Counted from the first letter of the stretch, positions 25,706 to 38,327 are shown. The stretch: DNA of 64,000 bases from Octopus vulgaris (GCA_951406725.2 OX597817.1:76942001-77006000), one strand, 5' to 3'. Notes: generated by a model from the letters alone, not told the origin. Numbers and translations: made by a program.

Positions 25706-25740
25706 GTTTCTGAAGAAGAGCTTTGCTCAAAACGTAAAAC
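25706..25740 (+). ncRNA. Ultra-minimal hammerhead (G12 mutated)
   Basis: GTTT-CTGAAGA-A-GAGC(TTT)GCTC-AAAAC-GTA-AAAC. GAAA>AAAA lies at a CpG. Confidence 0.6.
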
Positions 25741-26831
25741 CACCTTTCTTTATTTCCTGAGCGCCTGCTAATACTTTGCATGTACCACGTTCTCACGTTG
25801 TTGTCTTTTAACTTGTGTCTGTTCGTTTTGCGCATACAGACTAAAGTATATATATATATGCACAAACATACATAACATATTTATATGGTACATACTCTAC
25901 GTATTTTGCTTTTCTATATCTACGTGTACTGGTAGAATTTAGATAAAGAAGGAGGGAAACAAAGATCGAAGCAAACAAAGGAAAAAAAAGAAAAAGAAAA
26001 AAGAAAGAGAGAAATAAGGAAAGAAAGAAACAATGAACGAAGGAAGGAAGGAAAGAAAGAAATAGCTGATGAGAGGTCGAGGGGAAAGTAGCTGATACTT
26101 CACATAGAAAATTTGCATGAATTATTTAGAATTTGATTTGAAAACGTACGAAACCTTCATAAACGTTCTCAGTAAACGTTGCTGACTGATTGTAACTTAC
26201 TTTACAAATATCAATAAAGTCTCTTCATTTATATCGTTAGAGAATATCGTTCGCCCTTGGTTGTGTTAAAACTTAATATGTCTGCGTAGCGTTTTCCTTT
26301 ATGTCAGCTTCTATATTTGTTTGTTAGTATCTGTGTATATTTGTATGTGTAATTGTGTGTTTATATGGATAGGAAAAGGAGTCTCTGTGTGTGAAAGTGT
26401 AGGTGTGTGTGAGTGTGTGCGAGTGTGTGTATGCGTGTGTGTTTTCACGGTGGATTCTCATTGTTCTACAACTAAGGCGGTATTTCAACGAGTTTCTACA
26501 GTTGAGAACCTGATTGACTCATGGGATACATGTGGTGTATTGTATGTTCATATATGACTGTATGTTTGTACGTATGCATGTACGTATGTTTGTATGTATG
26601 TACGTATGTATGTATGTATTTATGTATGTATGTATGTATTTATGTATGTATGTATGTATGTATGTATGTATGTATGTACTTATGTATGTATGTACGTATG
26701 TTTGTATGTATGTATGTATTTATGTATGTATGTATGTATGTATGTATCTATGTGTGTATGCATATGTGCACATATGTATATATGTATGGGTGAGTGTATA
26801 TAATTCATGTAATTCATATTGTTCGTTTGCT

Positions 26832-26955
<124 letters not shown>

Positions 26956-27485
26956 CATACAAACATATATACATATACGTATGCATATAGATAGACTGAT
27001 AGTGAGATAGATTGATAGAAAAATATAGATACATACCTATATATGTATATACACATATATATACACACATTTATATATACACACACACACATATATATAT
27101 ATACATAAATACACATATGTGTGCATATGTGTGTGCTCACATGCATATGATGTTCCTGTACATATGCATAGATGTGCTTGTCTATATGTACATACAAGTG
27201 TGTTTATATTAAAAGTTATCTGCTCGTCTATAGACTAGAATAGTAGTCTAGAATGGAAATCTATGTATATGCATGTGAGTATATCTATACATACATTCAT
27301 ACATGCAAACACACACTCCCACACCAATGCACATAAACGCACACACGCGCACACACACGCACAAAGAGACTTGCATACATAAAATTTATTGTGTTCGTTT
27401 TTATATGTCTATGTCAAGTTACACCATACTATACGCATAAATGTTAATTGCTTTCTACGAGCACGTGATTTTGCGCGTGTGAGCA

Positions 27486-27544
<59 letters not shown>

Positions 27545-28066
27545 AACTACATGTATGTCTTCCTTTGTGTGTTTGTTTGGGTGATAGGGTCTTTATGACT
27601 GATGGTTTTTGAATGTTTAAATGAATCACATTACAAAATATATTATGAATATAACGTGTACATGTGTTTGTATACCTCAACGAATGTGTGAAGGTAATAT
27701 TCTCAGTGAAACTACAGAGGTATTCATGCCTGGGAAAACTCAACTTTATCGCTATACATAGACACCTGAGATTCCACATGTTTTTGACATTATATGTATA
27801 TATGTATTTGTACGCGTACGTGTGCATGTATGTGTGTGTGTGTGCGTGTATGTGAGTGTTTATTATGCTATATGTAAGGAGGTAGTGTTCCACAATATAC
27901 TACAAATCTTAACGCGGTTTTCGTTGTTACAGACCTGGGATACGGGCATGTGAGCTTATGGATTTGAGCATTCATGTACTGCCAGTAACAGTGTGCATGG
28001 GTGTGCTGTTTACGTTGCTTATGTTGGTTTATTATAATTTGTGATTGAATAATTATTAATATGTAT

Positions 28067-28107
<41 letters not shown>

Positions 28108-28217
28108 GGCATTTCATCTATCTATCTATCTATCTATCTGTCTGTCTGTCTGTCAGTCTGACTGTCTGTCTGTCTATCTATCTATATATCTATATATCTA
28201 TCTATCTATCTATCTAT

Positions 28218-28402
28218 AGGCTCCAGGCACCGATGACCCCTGGGGGGGGGGCGATCCTCAAGAATCACCGGGTACCTGCACTCGGCCATTTTCAAAAAGT
28301 CTAGAAAAACCAGATTCTGGGCTGATTGGCTCCACAGGGTCAAAACGGCTTTTGACCCAACCTAATCAGCCGCAGGCAAAATTTTCACATTGAGGAGTTT
28401 GG
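28218..28402 (-). pseudogene. Fragment of Tx1-like ORF1, homologous to 30714-30897
   Basis: Colinear diverged copy embedded in (TCTA)/(TCTG) repeats. Confidence 0.85.
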
Positions 28403-28428
28403 ATCTGTCTGTCTGTCTGTCTGTCTGT

Positions 28429-29140
28429 CTTTGCGTAAATAGTCATCTGCCCCGACCATTTAACATCAGGCGTTCGGTTCGTGAACGTATCGACTCTTGA
28501 ACGTATCGACTCTTGAGCCACTACTGCTGAAGCCGGCGACGCCGAGGGGCATCCCGCGAGAGCTGGGATGCAGGAGGAGCGTGTCTGCATACGCGGACGA
28601 CGTCACCGTCATAGTTTCCAGCCACAGGCATATCGATCTGGTCGGCGAGAGACTAAAAGAATACAAAGCGGTAACGGGAGCAAAAATTAAGCTGGAAAAG
28701 TCAGGGGACTTGCGGCTTGGTACCTGGAGAAACAAGCCCATGCCGTCCAACAGCGTCTCCATCATGGGACGCTGGACCGACGGACCGGTTAAATTGCTCG
28801 GAGTCTCGTTCTGTCCGGACCTCCAATTTGAGAACTGGTGCGAAATAACGACTAGGGTGGCCACTCTCACAAAGCAATGGGCCGGGAGGAAGCTATCCCT
28901 AAAGGGTCGGGCGGAGGTGGTACTTTGCTTTCATGTGTTTATTCCCGCTCTGCCTGAGGTTACCGTGGTCTTTTCTGTAGTCTTTTCTTTCCACGGATGA
29001 ACCTAATCTTTAAAATTTTCTGTGATACACGATCCCTTTGGATCGGAATTTTATTTTTCTGCTTTTTTTCTATTGTCGAAAAGAAAAGCTCTACATAGTA
29101 TTTTACCTCTCTGTGTTCGGCCCTGTGTGTCTAATAGAGA
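28429..29140 (+). pseudogene. Tx1/L1-clade reverse transcriptase fragment joined to a probable 3' UTR
   Basis: SAYADDVT..GAKIKLEKS..GPVKLLGV..W..RKLSLKGRA. Coding similarity stops at ~28921. Confidence 0.85.
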
Positions 29141-29164
29141 GACTTATCTACCTGTCTGTCTGTG

Positions 29165-29206
<42 letters not shown>

Positions 29207-29252
29207 TCTGTGTGTCTATCCATCCATCCGTCTGTTTGTTTGCCTGTTTGTG

Positions 29253-29308
<56 letters not shown>

Positions 29309-29352
29309 AGTACATACATACATACATACATACATACGCACGCGTATGTATG

Positions 29353-29394
<42 letters not shown>

Positions 29395-29431
29395 TATACA
29401 TATATATATATTCTTTTACTAATACTATTCT

Positions 29432-29749
29432 TTTATTCTTATACTTGTTTCAGTCATTTGATTTCGACCATGCTGGAGCACCACTCTTCAGTCGGACAAA
29501 TCGAGCCCAGGACTTATTCTTTGTAAGCCAAGTACTTATTCTATCGGTCTCTTTTGCCGAACCGTAAACACACCAACATCTGTTATCGAGCGATATCAAG
29601 CGATAGTGGTGGGGACAAATATAGACGCAAATCCATACTAAATCTACTCACAAGGCTTTGGTTGGCCCAAGGCTATAGTATAAGATACCCATCCAAGGTG
29701 CCACGTAGTGGGACTGAACCCTGAACCATGCTGTTGTGAAGCAAGCTTC
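29432..29749 (-). mobile_element. SINE type B, head truncated by the adjacent LINE derivative
   Basis: Colinear with 8288-8681 up to AAGCAAGCTTCT. Confidence 0.8.
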
Positions 29750-31681
29750 TTTATTTCATTATACTGGCCATAAAGGCCTTACATAGAGAAAGGAAGCTAC
29801 AGGCTGGACACAGACATAATGTTATATGAAATGAAAAATGAAAATGATGATTAATGCGGGGAAAAGCGACGCCCGCCGATCGTTCTTTCTCGAGAACATT
29901 GATTTCTTATATTATTCATGAGGTAACAAACCTCTTACATTGTTCACAATATTCAATAACAAAATGAGGCACTAAGCCTCTTACTTTTTTTCCAAACTAG
30001 GAACTTTCAATAACACTGAGGCTTTTCAACCTCTTATCCATATTCCTCCCCAACATTGTTTGTGCCGCCATCCTCCGCCATCACCCACGCCTTTTTCAAG
30101 CACAAAGCGGATGTCGTGTCTGCGTCGCCCGGCCACAAGCGATATTCCTCATTAAGTCCCTCTAGCATACTCAACACGGGCAACGTTATGATCTTCGTAG
30201 CTATCTGCAGAGGTCATTCCGGGTCCCGTGAGCAGGCTAAAGGTACTCCCTTATGGTGCTTTTCCAACACCTTCTCCGCCTCTCCGCCTCTGAAGAAGAA
30301 GACCAATAATTCGTCTTCCTCCGGGGACGAGGTAGTCACTTCTACCGTCAGTGGCACAATTTCCACCGACGGTGTGTATTCTCCTACCGGTGGCACCACC
30401 CCACCGACGAGGTTCCGGGACATTCCGGTACTATGTCACCGACTGCCGGCAATAGTCCCGTTTCTCTTCCTCTTTTTTTTCTTCTCAGCTGAGGGAGGGT
30501 GCGTCTCCTCTGTGACCGGGAGATTCGCCTCCCCTACCTCATCCCTAGGATCCTTCGGTAAGCACCCATTGTTGCTCACGTTCTTCCCCTTGGGCCCTTC
30601 TTTGAGGAGTTCTCCGCTTCCTCGACCGCCTTCGTACCCTCTTTTACAGTGGTCTCAACCAACTGCTCCAGGACCCTACTTTGTTCCTGGAGACAGTTTT
30701 TCTTTATGTGGCCAGGCTCCAGGCACCGATGACACCTGGGAGGGGACGATCCTCAAGAATCACCGGGTACCTGCACCCGCTCATTTTAAAAAAATCTGGG
30801 AAAACCAGATTCTTGGTTGATTGGGTCCACGGGGCCAAAACAGCTTTTGATCCAACCCAATCAGCCGCAGGCAAAATTTTCACATTGAGGAGTTTGGCTC
30901 CGTAGCCACCCAGACACCGGGGGGTAGTCTCCTTTATCCACTCGGGTTCTATCCCGGGTGGCAACCAGCAGACCCAAGCTCTTGTCAACTTCTTCCCACA
31001 ATACATGGGAAGAAACAAAATCTCTTTGCCCTCAAAGGGCTGGCTCGCAAATTTGCGAGCCTCCTCAGGGGTGTCAAATAGCAACCACGCCGTTGCATAT
31101 TTGAACCCCCTGGAGATGAATTTAATAGTTGGCAGATACTCTTCTAACTCCCTTTCGATAACAGTCTTTTGAAATAGGGCGATGGTGTCGAGCGACTTGG
31201 AGTAAGTCCTCAACACCACCGTCTTCTCTTCAAAATCTTTCAACCATTGTTTGAGTGGTACAGTTTCCCACTCCAAAATATTGTCCTTGTTATTTTCCAT
31301 GTTTTTTAAAACAGTTCAATATGAAAATTCAAAAAAAAAAAAAAGAAATAAATCAAAAGAACGTCACAACAAAAAGGATAGAAGAAAGAAAGAAAACAGT
31401 TAAAAAAAACACAGCCAGCAAAAAATCTTCTGGCCACTAGGTAATCCAGGACTATTTGGTAATCCAGTTTGAACTTGGAACGCCACAACTTCCACAAAAA
31501 TTGGTAAAATTTGTTGTATGTTCAGTGAATTCTCACAATTTTTGTAAAAGATTATTCCCTTAAAGTGAACACATTTTTGGAAGCGAGATACACCCCAAAA
31601 CAACAATTCTCACAATTAAGTGAGAAAAACTATTCACTCAACGGTAGGCAGACCAGAGTCCAGAATCCAGTGAGAACTTTT
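29750..31681 (-). mobile_element. Tx1/L1-like element with 5' UTR, ORF1 (31300 to ~29980, frameshifted) and 3' UTR, no ORF2
   Basis: ORF MENNKDNILEW... continues after a shift as PRCHRCLEPGHIKKNC (gag-type CX2CX4HX4C knuckle). It ends in a hairpin plus AATAAA at ~29750. Confidence 0.7.
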
Positions 31682-32299
31682 TGTTTGTAAAAATAATTAT
31701 TATTACGGCAAACAACAAACTCCCACTGGACCCAAAAAACAAAAGTGTTACCTTACAGTTGAGCTTTTTTAATCACTATTTCACCAGCTTCAAAACGGCG
31801 GATCGACTTTCTTCAGTGGTACGAACAACACTGACAACGAACGTAATACTGGCTGAAACTTATAAAAGTAACAAAATATATACATCATATGCATAAATCA
31901 TATATATGTATATATACACACATACATACATATACATACGTACACACACACTCACACACACACACACTCACACATACACACATATTAGATGTTGAAGTGT
32001 AATGTACACATGCACACTCATTTTGAATGGGAATTTTTATGTTCATATAGGTGCGTGCGTGAAGGCGTTTGCGTGTATTTGCGGCGTCCGTTTGTTTGTA
32101 TCTATGGGTGTGTGTGTGTATTTGTAAATATGTTTATGCATTTGCGATTAAGAGACGCAATGAAAAGCAGGAGAGAAAGAGACTCGTACATGCAAAGTAT
32201 TTACCTGAAAATGCACCAATTGAAAGCATGCAAAAAGTGTGTGTGCGTGCGTGTGTGTGTCTGTGCGTGCGTGCGTGCGCATGTGTGTTTATGTATCTA

Positions 32300-32341
<42 letters not shown>

Positions 32342-32371
32342 ATATTGTGAGAGAGAGACAGAGAGTGGCTG

Positions 32372-32418
<47 letters not shown>

Positions 32419-32794
32419 AACACAATATGTATATTTGTATATATATATATACATACATGTGTTTGCGTACAGCGAAGTCCGTGCATGTGCATAAATGTTT
32501 GTATGTGGGGGGGGGCTTGTGCATGTGTGCATGTGTGAGTGGTTGTGTGTGTGTATGTGCCTGTGCGTGTGTGAGTTTCGTTTCATTTTCGCACAAAATA
32601 CTTTGGAAAAAAAACAGCATATTTCCGAAATAGTTACACTCCACCATGTCATGTCTTTCCTTCTTCTTCTTCTTCTTCTTCTTCTTCTTCTTCTTCTTCT
32701 TCTTCTTCTTCTCCTCCTTCTTCTTCTTCTTCTTCTTCTCCTTTTCTTCTTCTTCTTCTTCTCATCCTTCTTCTTCTTCTTCTTCTGATCATTA

Positions 32795-32855
<61 letters not shown>

Positions 32856-32865
32856 CATCATCATT

Positions 32866-32912
<47 letters not shown>

Positions 32913-32935
32913 CATCATCATCATCATCATCATCA

Positions 32936-32987
<52 letters not shown>

Positions 32988-33061
32988 CATCATCATTATC
33001 ATCATCATCATCATCACAATCATCATCATCATCATCATCCTCATCATCATCATCATCATCA

Positions 33062-33112
<51 letters not shown>

Positions 33113-33846
33113 TCTTGCTCCTCCTAATCCCTTTCCGCACTTATTTTATCCTTCGATCTTTGTCCCCCCCCCTTCACACATACACCATTACTAACAACAC
33201 AACAGCAACAAGAACAATGGCACTGAAAGCAACAACAACGCAGCGGTATATGAAACGTTAGAATTGGTGTCGGCTGCTGGAAACAGTGCCGTGCTCATCA
33301 TAAAATGGTACGTTCTTCGATAATTTTATTCTATCATTTGCAACAAGTGGAAACCATCACGCTAACTGTCTGAATAGATCCTGCACATGTGTGTGCACAT
33401 ATCTTGTATAGGTTACTGGTTTCACTGACTCGTTTACTACGGTTGTTTGTGTGTATGTACGTTTGCATGCATGTATTTTTGTATGCATGTACATACACAT
33501 GTATCATATGTGTGTGTGAGTGTGTGCGTATATGTGTACGAGTGTGTGTGTGTGTGTACATATAGGCGTGGCTGTGTGGTAGGAAGTTCCTATTTCAATG
33601 TCGTGATTTTAGGTTCAGTCCCACTGCGTGGCAGCTTGGGGAAAGTGTATCATGTTATAGCCTCAGGACGATAGAGGTTTGTGAGAGTACTTCGTCGATG
33701 GAATCGGTAAGAAGCCTGGTAATTTTTTTTAATATTTTGCAGAAATTTTTTGATAGATAAATACATGCACTAAATATTCGTTCTTCACTTGTGTGTGTTC
33801 TTGATCCCCTTAGTCCATCAGTAATAGCACACACAAGGACGGAGAG

Positions 33847-33891
33847 TGTCGCTGAAGAAGTCACAGATGTGTGACGAAAGATTTTCGGACA
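33847..33891 (+). ncRNA. Minimal hammerhead in a ~170-bp insert with 14-bp inverted ends
   Basis: TGTCG-CTGAAGA-A-GTCACA(GATG)TGTGAC-GAAA-GATT-TTC-GGACA. Inverted ends are ATATTCGTTCTTCA at 33774-33787 and its reverse complement at 33929-33942. Confidence 0.7.
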
Positions 33892-33987
33892 ATGGACGCG
33901 AGTTAGAATTAGAACAGCAATAAACGAATGAAGAACGAATATATATATATAGCGCGTGTGTTTATTTGGCAAAAACAAAAACAAAAC

Positions 33988-34037
33988 CATCCCGAAATAC
34001 AATATTTGTTTCAACACATTGTTTCATCAGGAATATG
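33988..34037 (-). ncRNA. Hammerhead-like motif, stem I imperfect
   Basis: Minus strand reads CATATTC-CTGATGA-AACA(ATG)TGTT-GAAAC-AA(ATA)TT-GTA-TTTCGGGATG. Confidence 0.5.
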
Positions 34038-34155
34038 ATGATCTACAAACATACTTTCCCAGTGATACTCGGTTTACCTACTATTATAAACAATACCAAA
34101 TGTTTTTTCTCAAACCTTTCATAATGTGATACAAGTCTTTGGTGTAGCAATTGCA

Positions 34156-34250
34156 TGCGGCTGAAGAGGGTTTTTGAACTATCTGTTATGTCGATTATGC
34201 ATTGATGTAAGAATAAGGTGTTCTATAAAGCTCGAAACATATGTACCGCA
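34156..34250 (+). ncRNA. Minimal hammerhead, fully intact core
   Basis: TGCGG-CTGAAGA-GGGTTTT...AAAGCTC-GAAAC-ATAT-GTA-CCGCA. Helix III is the palindrome ACATATGT, with GUA cleavage after 34245. Confidence 0.85.
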
Positions 34251-34363
34251 ACATCCTTTGTGTCCTGCTTTTCATTTATTTCATTTGATACATATATCCT
34301 CTCACCTATGCTACTAACTGACATATACAGGTGCTTACATTTGTCAAGTATTCACCCTGAATT

Positions 34364-34436
<73 letters not shown>

Positions 34437-34515
34437 TACACACACACATATATATATATATACATACGTAAAGTTATATATATATATTTATATATACATA
34501 TATGTATACGGCAAA

Positions 34516-34627
34516 TTAATCACTACAATTGTTTCCACAAATCTGGCATCGATTCCTCGCAGGATGGACACTCAACAACTGGTTCAGGACCATTCGGCGG
34601 TGCAGATGTATCTCATAGGGTGATAAA
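34516..34627 (-). ncRNA. Minimal hammerhead (core decayed)
   Basis: Minus strand reads TTTATCAC-CCTATGA-GATACATCTG...CAGATTTGTG-GAAAC-AATT-GTA-GTGATTAA, with the palindrome ACAATTGT. Confidence 0.65.
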
Positions 34628-34662
34628 CAGGCACAACTAGTTAAAATAACAGTTCTGCAGTG

Positions 34663-34751
<89 letters not shown>

Positions 34752-35238
34752 ATACATGTCGTAAGCAGTCCTCAAAATTTAGCTGTTCGTCAGAAGAGAC
34801 CGCTAGAATAAGTATCAGACTTCAAAAAATAAGTACTGGGGTCGATTCGTTCGACAAAATGTCACTTAAGGCGATGTCTCAGCATGACCGCTGTCTAATG
34901 AGAGGAACATAAAGATATGTGTGCGTGCACATATGTATGTGTGTATGTGTATGTGTGTGTGTGTGTGTGTGTGTATGTATACACGCTTGAAAATTAAAGA
35001 GATTTCTCTGTATATAAAACTATTAGTATAATGTGTGAATAATGGATTAGCACTTATTTCGCACTCTTCCTACACTTTTCTTCCATACGTTTCTTCTGAT
35101 AAAGGACTTGCATCTGAAACGTTGATAGGTTTTCCCTTCCTTTTAAGTGTAAAGCTAATGCAGTATTTCTTAAAATCTGACCCATGTTATCATTTATGCT
35201 TTGTGTACATTGTATGTATGTATGCATGTATGTATGCA

Positions 35239-35296
<58 letters not shown>

Positions 35297-36784
35297 CATT
35301 ATTTTAAACAAGCATACAAAAATCGTGGAATATACTGACAATAGTAACAGAAACAATGTTCTTTCTATATTTAATTGATTTAGTTGCTACTTAGGAAAGT
35401 TTTTCAACGGAAGATTGTTAAAATCTTGAAAATTATGAATAAGGCCTATCTGACATAAATATATTAGGTGAATAAAGAAGAGAGTTGGCCCAAGTCGTTA
35501 AGGCTTGTCGATAGCTTGTTTTGCTGTATTTATTCTGTCTCTCTTTGCACTGAATTCTAATTCTACAGGGGTTAACCTGTCTTTCTTCTTTTCCAATGTC
35601 TATAAAATACAAGGAAGATACTGGCGTCGAGTCTTCTCTATCTCTCTTTCCGTCTGTCTCTCTTTTTCTAGGGAAAAATCGGTTTAGATTATACCTGGAG
35701 ATGTGCCGAGTTCTACCAGTTTAACAGTGACCAAGACATGCCATATGTCAAGGCAAAGCATTATTTTCTTTTAATTCTGCTGATATAATGTCAACAGGCG
35801 CAATATACAATGGTTTCTAATAACTAATTTATTTGTTCTCATACATCGCTATCTCCTTCATTTTTTGGAGTATTTCGGTGAGAAAAGTGTGTTTTGGAAA
35901 CAAACCGATAAAATTGGCTTTCTACATATTTCTAATTTAGCTGAATTTGAAGTTTTCTTTCCAAAATAGTAATCATTTAATTTGTTTCATTCTTTCCCTT
36001 AATTGCTGACCGATAAATATAAAAATTGGCTTCGAAAAGGTTTCATATATAGGCGAATGTGAACTGTCCTCCCCAAAATAACAAAACTGCAATAAAAATA
36101 ACAGTTGTCGGCATTTAGCGCCAAGTCAGTCATAAAATTTGTGCAGACTTATAGAAAAGGACGCTACAGCCACGACCTTTCTATTATATTTTTCTTTCGG
36201 ACATCGTGTCCACTGAACTTGATTATCCAATGCATTCTTTCCTAACACGCTACTATGTGATATAAAGGGGAGGCTTGATTGCTATTTCTAGCATGCGTAA
36301 CACAAGGTCGAGAAATACTCTTGCTAGCTTCTTATATATCAGGTCATCCCCATATATTTAATTTCTATCAAATTTTACAATATTCTAAAATGTCAAATGA
36401 TGTCGATTGATACTCATATGAACTTGGAAACCTTAACTTAATATCTCTTTTCACAGAATAATCTGAATTAATTAATTACTAATATTAACCCCAGGTGTTA
36501 CGTTGGATTTGTCTTTCTCCTACATAAATGCCTAAACACAGACTAAGGGACCCTTACATGCATCTGCCCATAAAGAAAGAAATCATTCTTCATCATTGAA
36601 TTAAAACAAAGTAGCTGGTTTACACCAGAGTTTTCCTTGAAGATAGATGCCTAAACAAGGACTAAGAAATCTTCACATACGAACATATACATATGCGTAT
36701 GTACATACATAGATACAGGCGTCGATTTATCTATTTCAGTTTTATTTTCTTGCATTTTCTTCCATGTTTGTGTACAGTCAGTTG

Positions 36785-37493
36785 ATGACATCTAATTTGT
36801 GGTTATTTTATTTTTTTGAGATTTCATTGATTCCTACTTTATTAATAATTTTACAGCAATTACAAGCTGGTATATATATAGTATTGGGTTGTCCGGAAAG
36901 TTCGTGCCAATTTATAGTAGCTTACCTTTCGATTTATTTTAGAACATGGTTGAGTCCATAAAATAAGATTTGACTACTTCTCCATTTAGAGCATAGTTTA
37001 AGCTATCTTTTCGTGGAAGAAGGTTTATGTTCCTATAACCTTGTGTTAATTCTGTAACCCTTTAAAATGGAAGATAAGGAAGTTCATTTTCGGCACTTGG
37101 CACTTGATGCTTTGGGAACCAGACCAAAATTGCTACAGTTCGGCTGGTATGTGTTACCCCACCCTCCATATTCACCAGATATTACTCCTTCGGATTTCCA
37201 CTTATTCAGGTCTCTGCAGAATAGTCTTAATGGGAAAAGATTCAATTCCTTGGATGATGTAAAAAGATACCTAGATGAATTCTTTGCCATGAAACCACCT
37301 CAATTCTGGGAAGAGGGTATTTTCAAGTTAAAGGGAAGATGGAGACGCATTGTGCAACAAAATGGTTCATAATTGGTTGATTAAAAATGTAATGGCAAGT
37401 ATTCATTGACCTTTCTCTTTCCTTTAAAAATCGGCACGAACTTTCCGGACAACCTAATATTATATACAGTTATGGCTTCCTTGCCTTTATTGT
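36785..37493 (+). pseudogene. nad4: NUMT: mitochondrial NADH dehydrogenase subunit 4 fragment interrupted by a mariner derivative
   Basis: With the insertion and one TA removed, it reads (invertebrate mito code) SNLWLFYFFEISLIPTLLMIL-QQLQAGMYMV|LYTVMASLPLL. This matches the conserved ND4 FE.SLIPTL..I.GWGYQPERLQAG.Y...YT..ASLPLL segment with a small deletion. Confidence 0.8.
36884..37457 (+). mobile_element. Internally deleted copy (574 bp) of the 15691-16966 mariner
   Basis: Same TIRs and TA TSD. MEDKEVHFRHL is fused to GTRPKLLQFGW...YSPDITPSDFHLF, and the junction is at CTTT microhomology. Confidence 0.95.
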
Positions 37494-37613
37494 AATATTT
37501 ATTATTATTCGGTTATCGGCGGGGGCCATATTCATTATTCGTTTAAATAGCATCCTCGCCTTGTGACATAAAGGTAACTATGATGGTATGTATGTATGTA
37601 ATGTATGTATGTA

Positions 37614-37660
<47 letters not shown>

Positions 37661-38031
37661 GCGTATACATGTATGTGTGTGAATGTATTTATGTATGTAT
37701 GGTAAGCCATCTGAGCACAGGGACGCAGAAATACCCGTTGATGACCAGTAAAACCACCGGGAGTGAGGGTCCCCTAGATGTTGTCACAGCATCATTCTAG
37801 GCGAGCAATACGTGGTTTCACGCGATTACAGGTCATCTCGCTTCTAATCACGGAGACTTAATGAGTGCTGCTTGCATTGTACAAGCGTTTATCTTTATAA
37901 TAGTGAAGGCATGTGGCTTAGTGGTTAGGGTATTCGTAACTTTCTAGTCACCGAACTGTAATCGGCAGCGCTATACGGCGGTTCACCGTAAGTAAATTAT
38001 GGAAGGGTTGCGCTAAGCAGTGATAAGTGAA

Positions 38032-38327
38032 ATTGCAATGTTATTACCAGTCCGAATACACTTGAATCTTGTTCGAACTGGGAAACTAGCAACCCACTAC
38101 GTTTTGACACGGGTAATATATCTAGCTCGTTGACAAATCGTGTGTATGCAGTGCCATCTACATAGGTAGACTAAATAGTCTAGGCAGACGGCGCATCGAG
38201 GTGAACTAGATGTTTGCACACCATTTGTCAACAAGCGAGATATATTCTCCGTGACAAAGCGCTGTGAGTAGCTTGTTTCCCACTTCGGACTTGCATCAAG
38301 CATATTCGGGCTGTAAATAACAGCAAT
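38032..38327. repeat. ~295-bp imperfect foldback palindrome (MITE-like)
   Basis: Arms pair along most of the length, e.g. AATATATCTAGCTCGTTGACAAATCGTGTG / CACACCATTTGTCAACAAGCGAGATATATT. Centre TAGACTAAATAGTCTA. Confidence 0.8.

Larger units (their letters stand above)
33565..34912 (+). mobile_element. SINE type B split into head (33565-33718) and tail (34780-34912) by ~1 kb of inserts
   Basis: Head and tail are in the same orientation and order as the intact copy at 42900-43292. Confidence 0.6.

Noticed and set aside
30056-30820. 254-aa plus-strand ORF
   Set aside because: It is the antisense shadow of the GC-rich Tx1-like ORF1.
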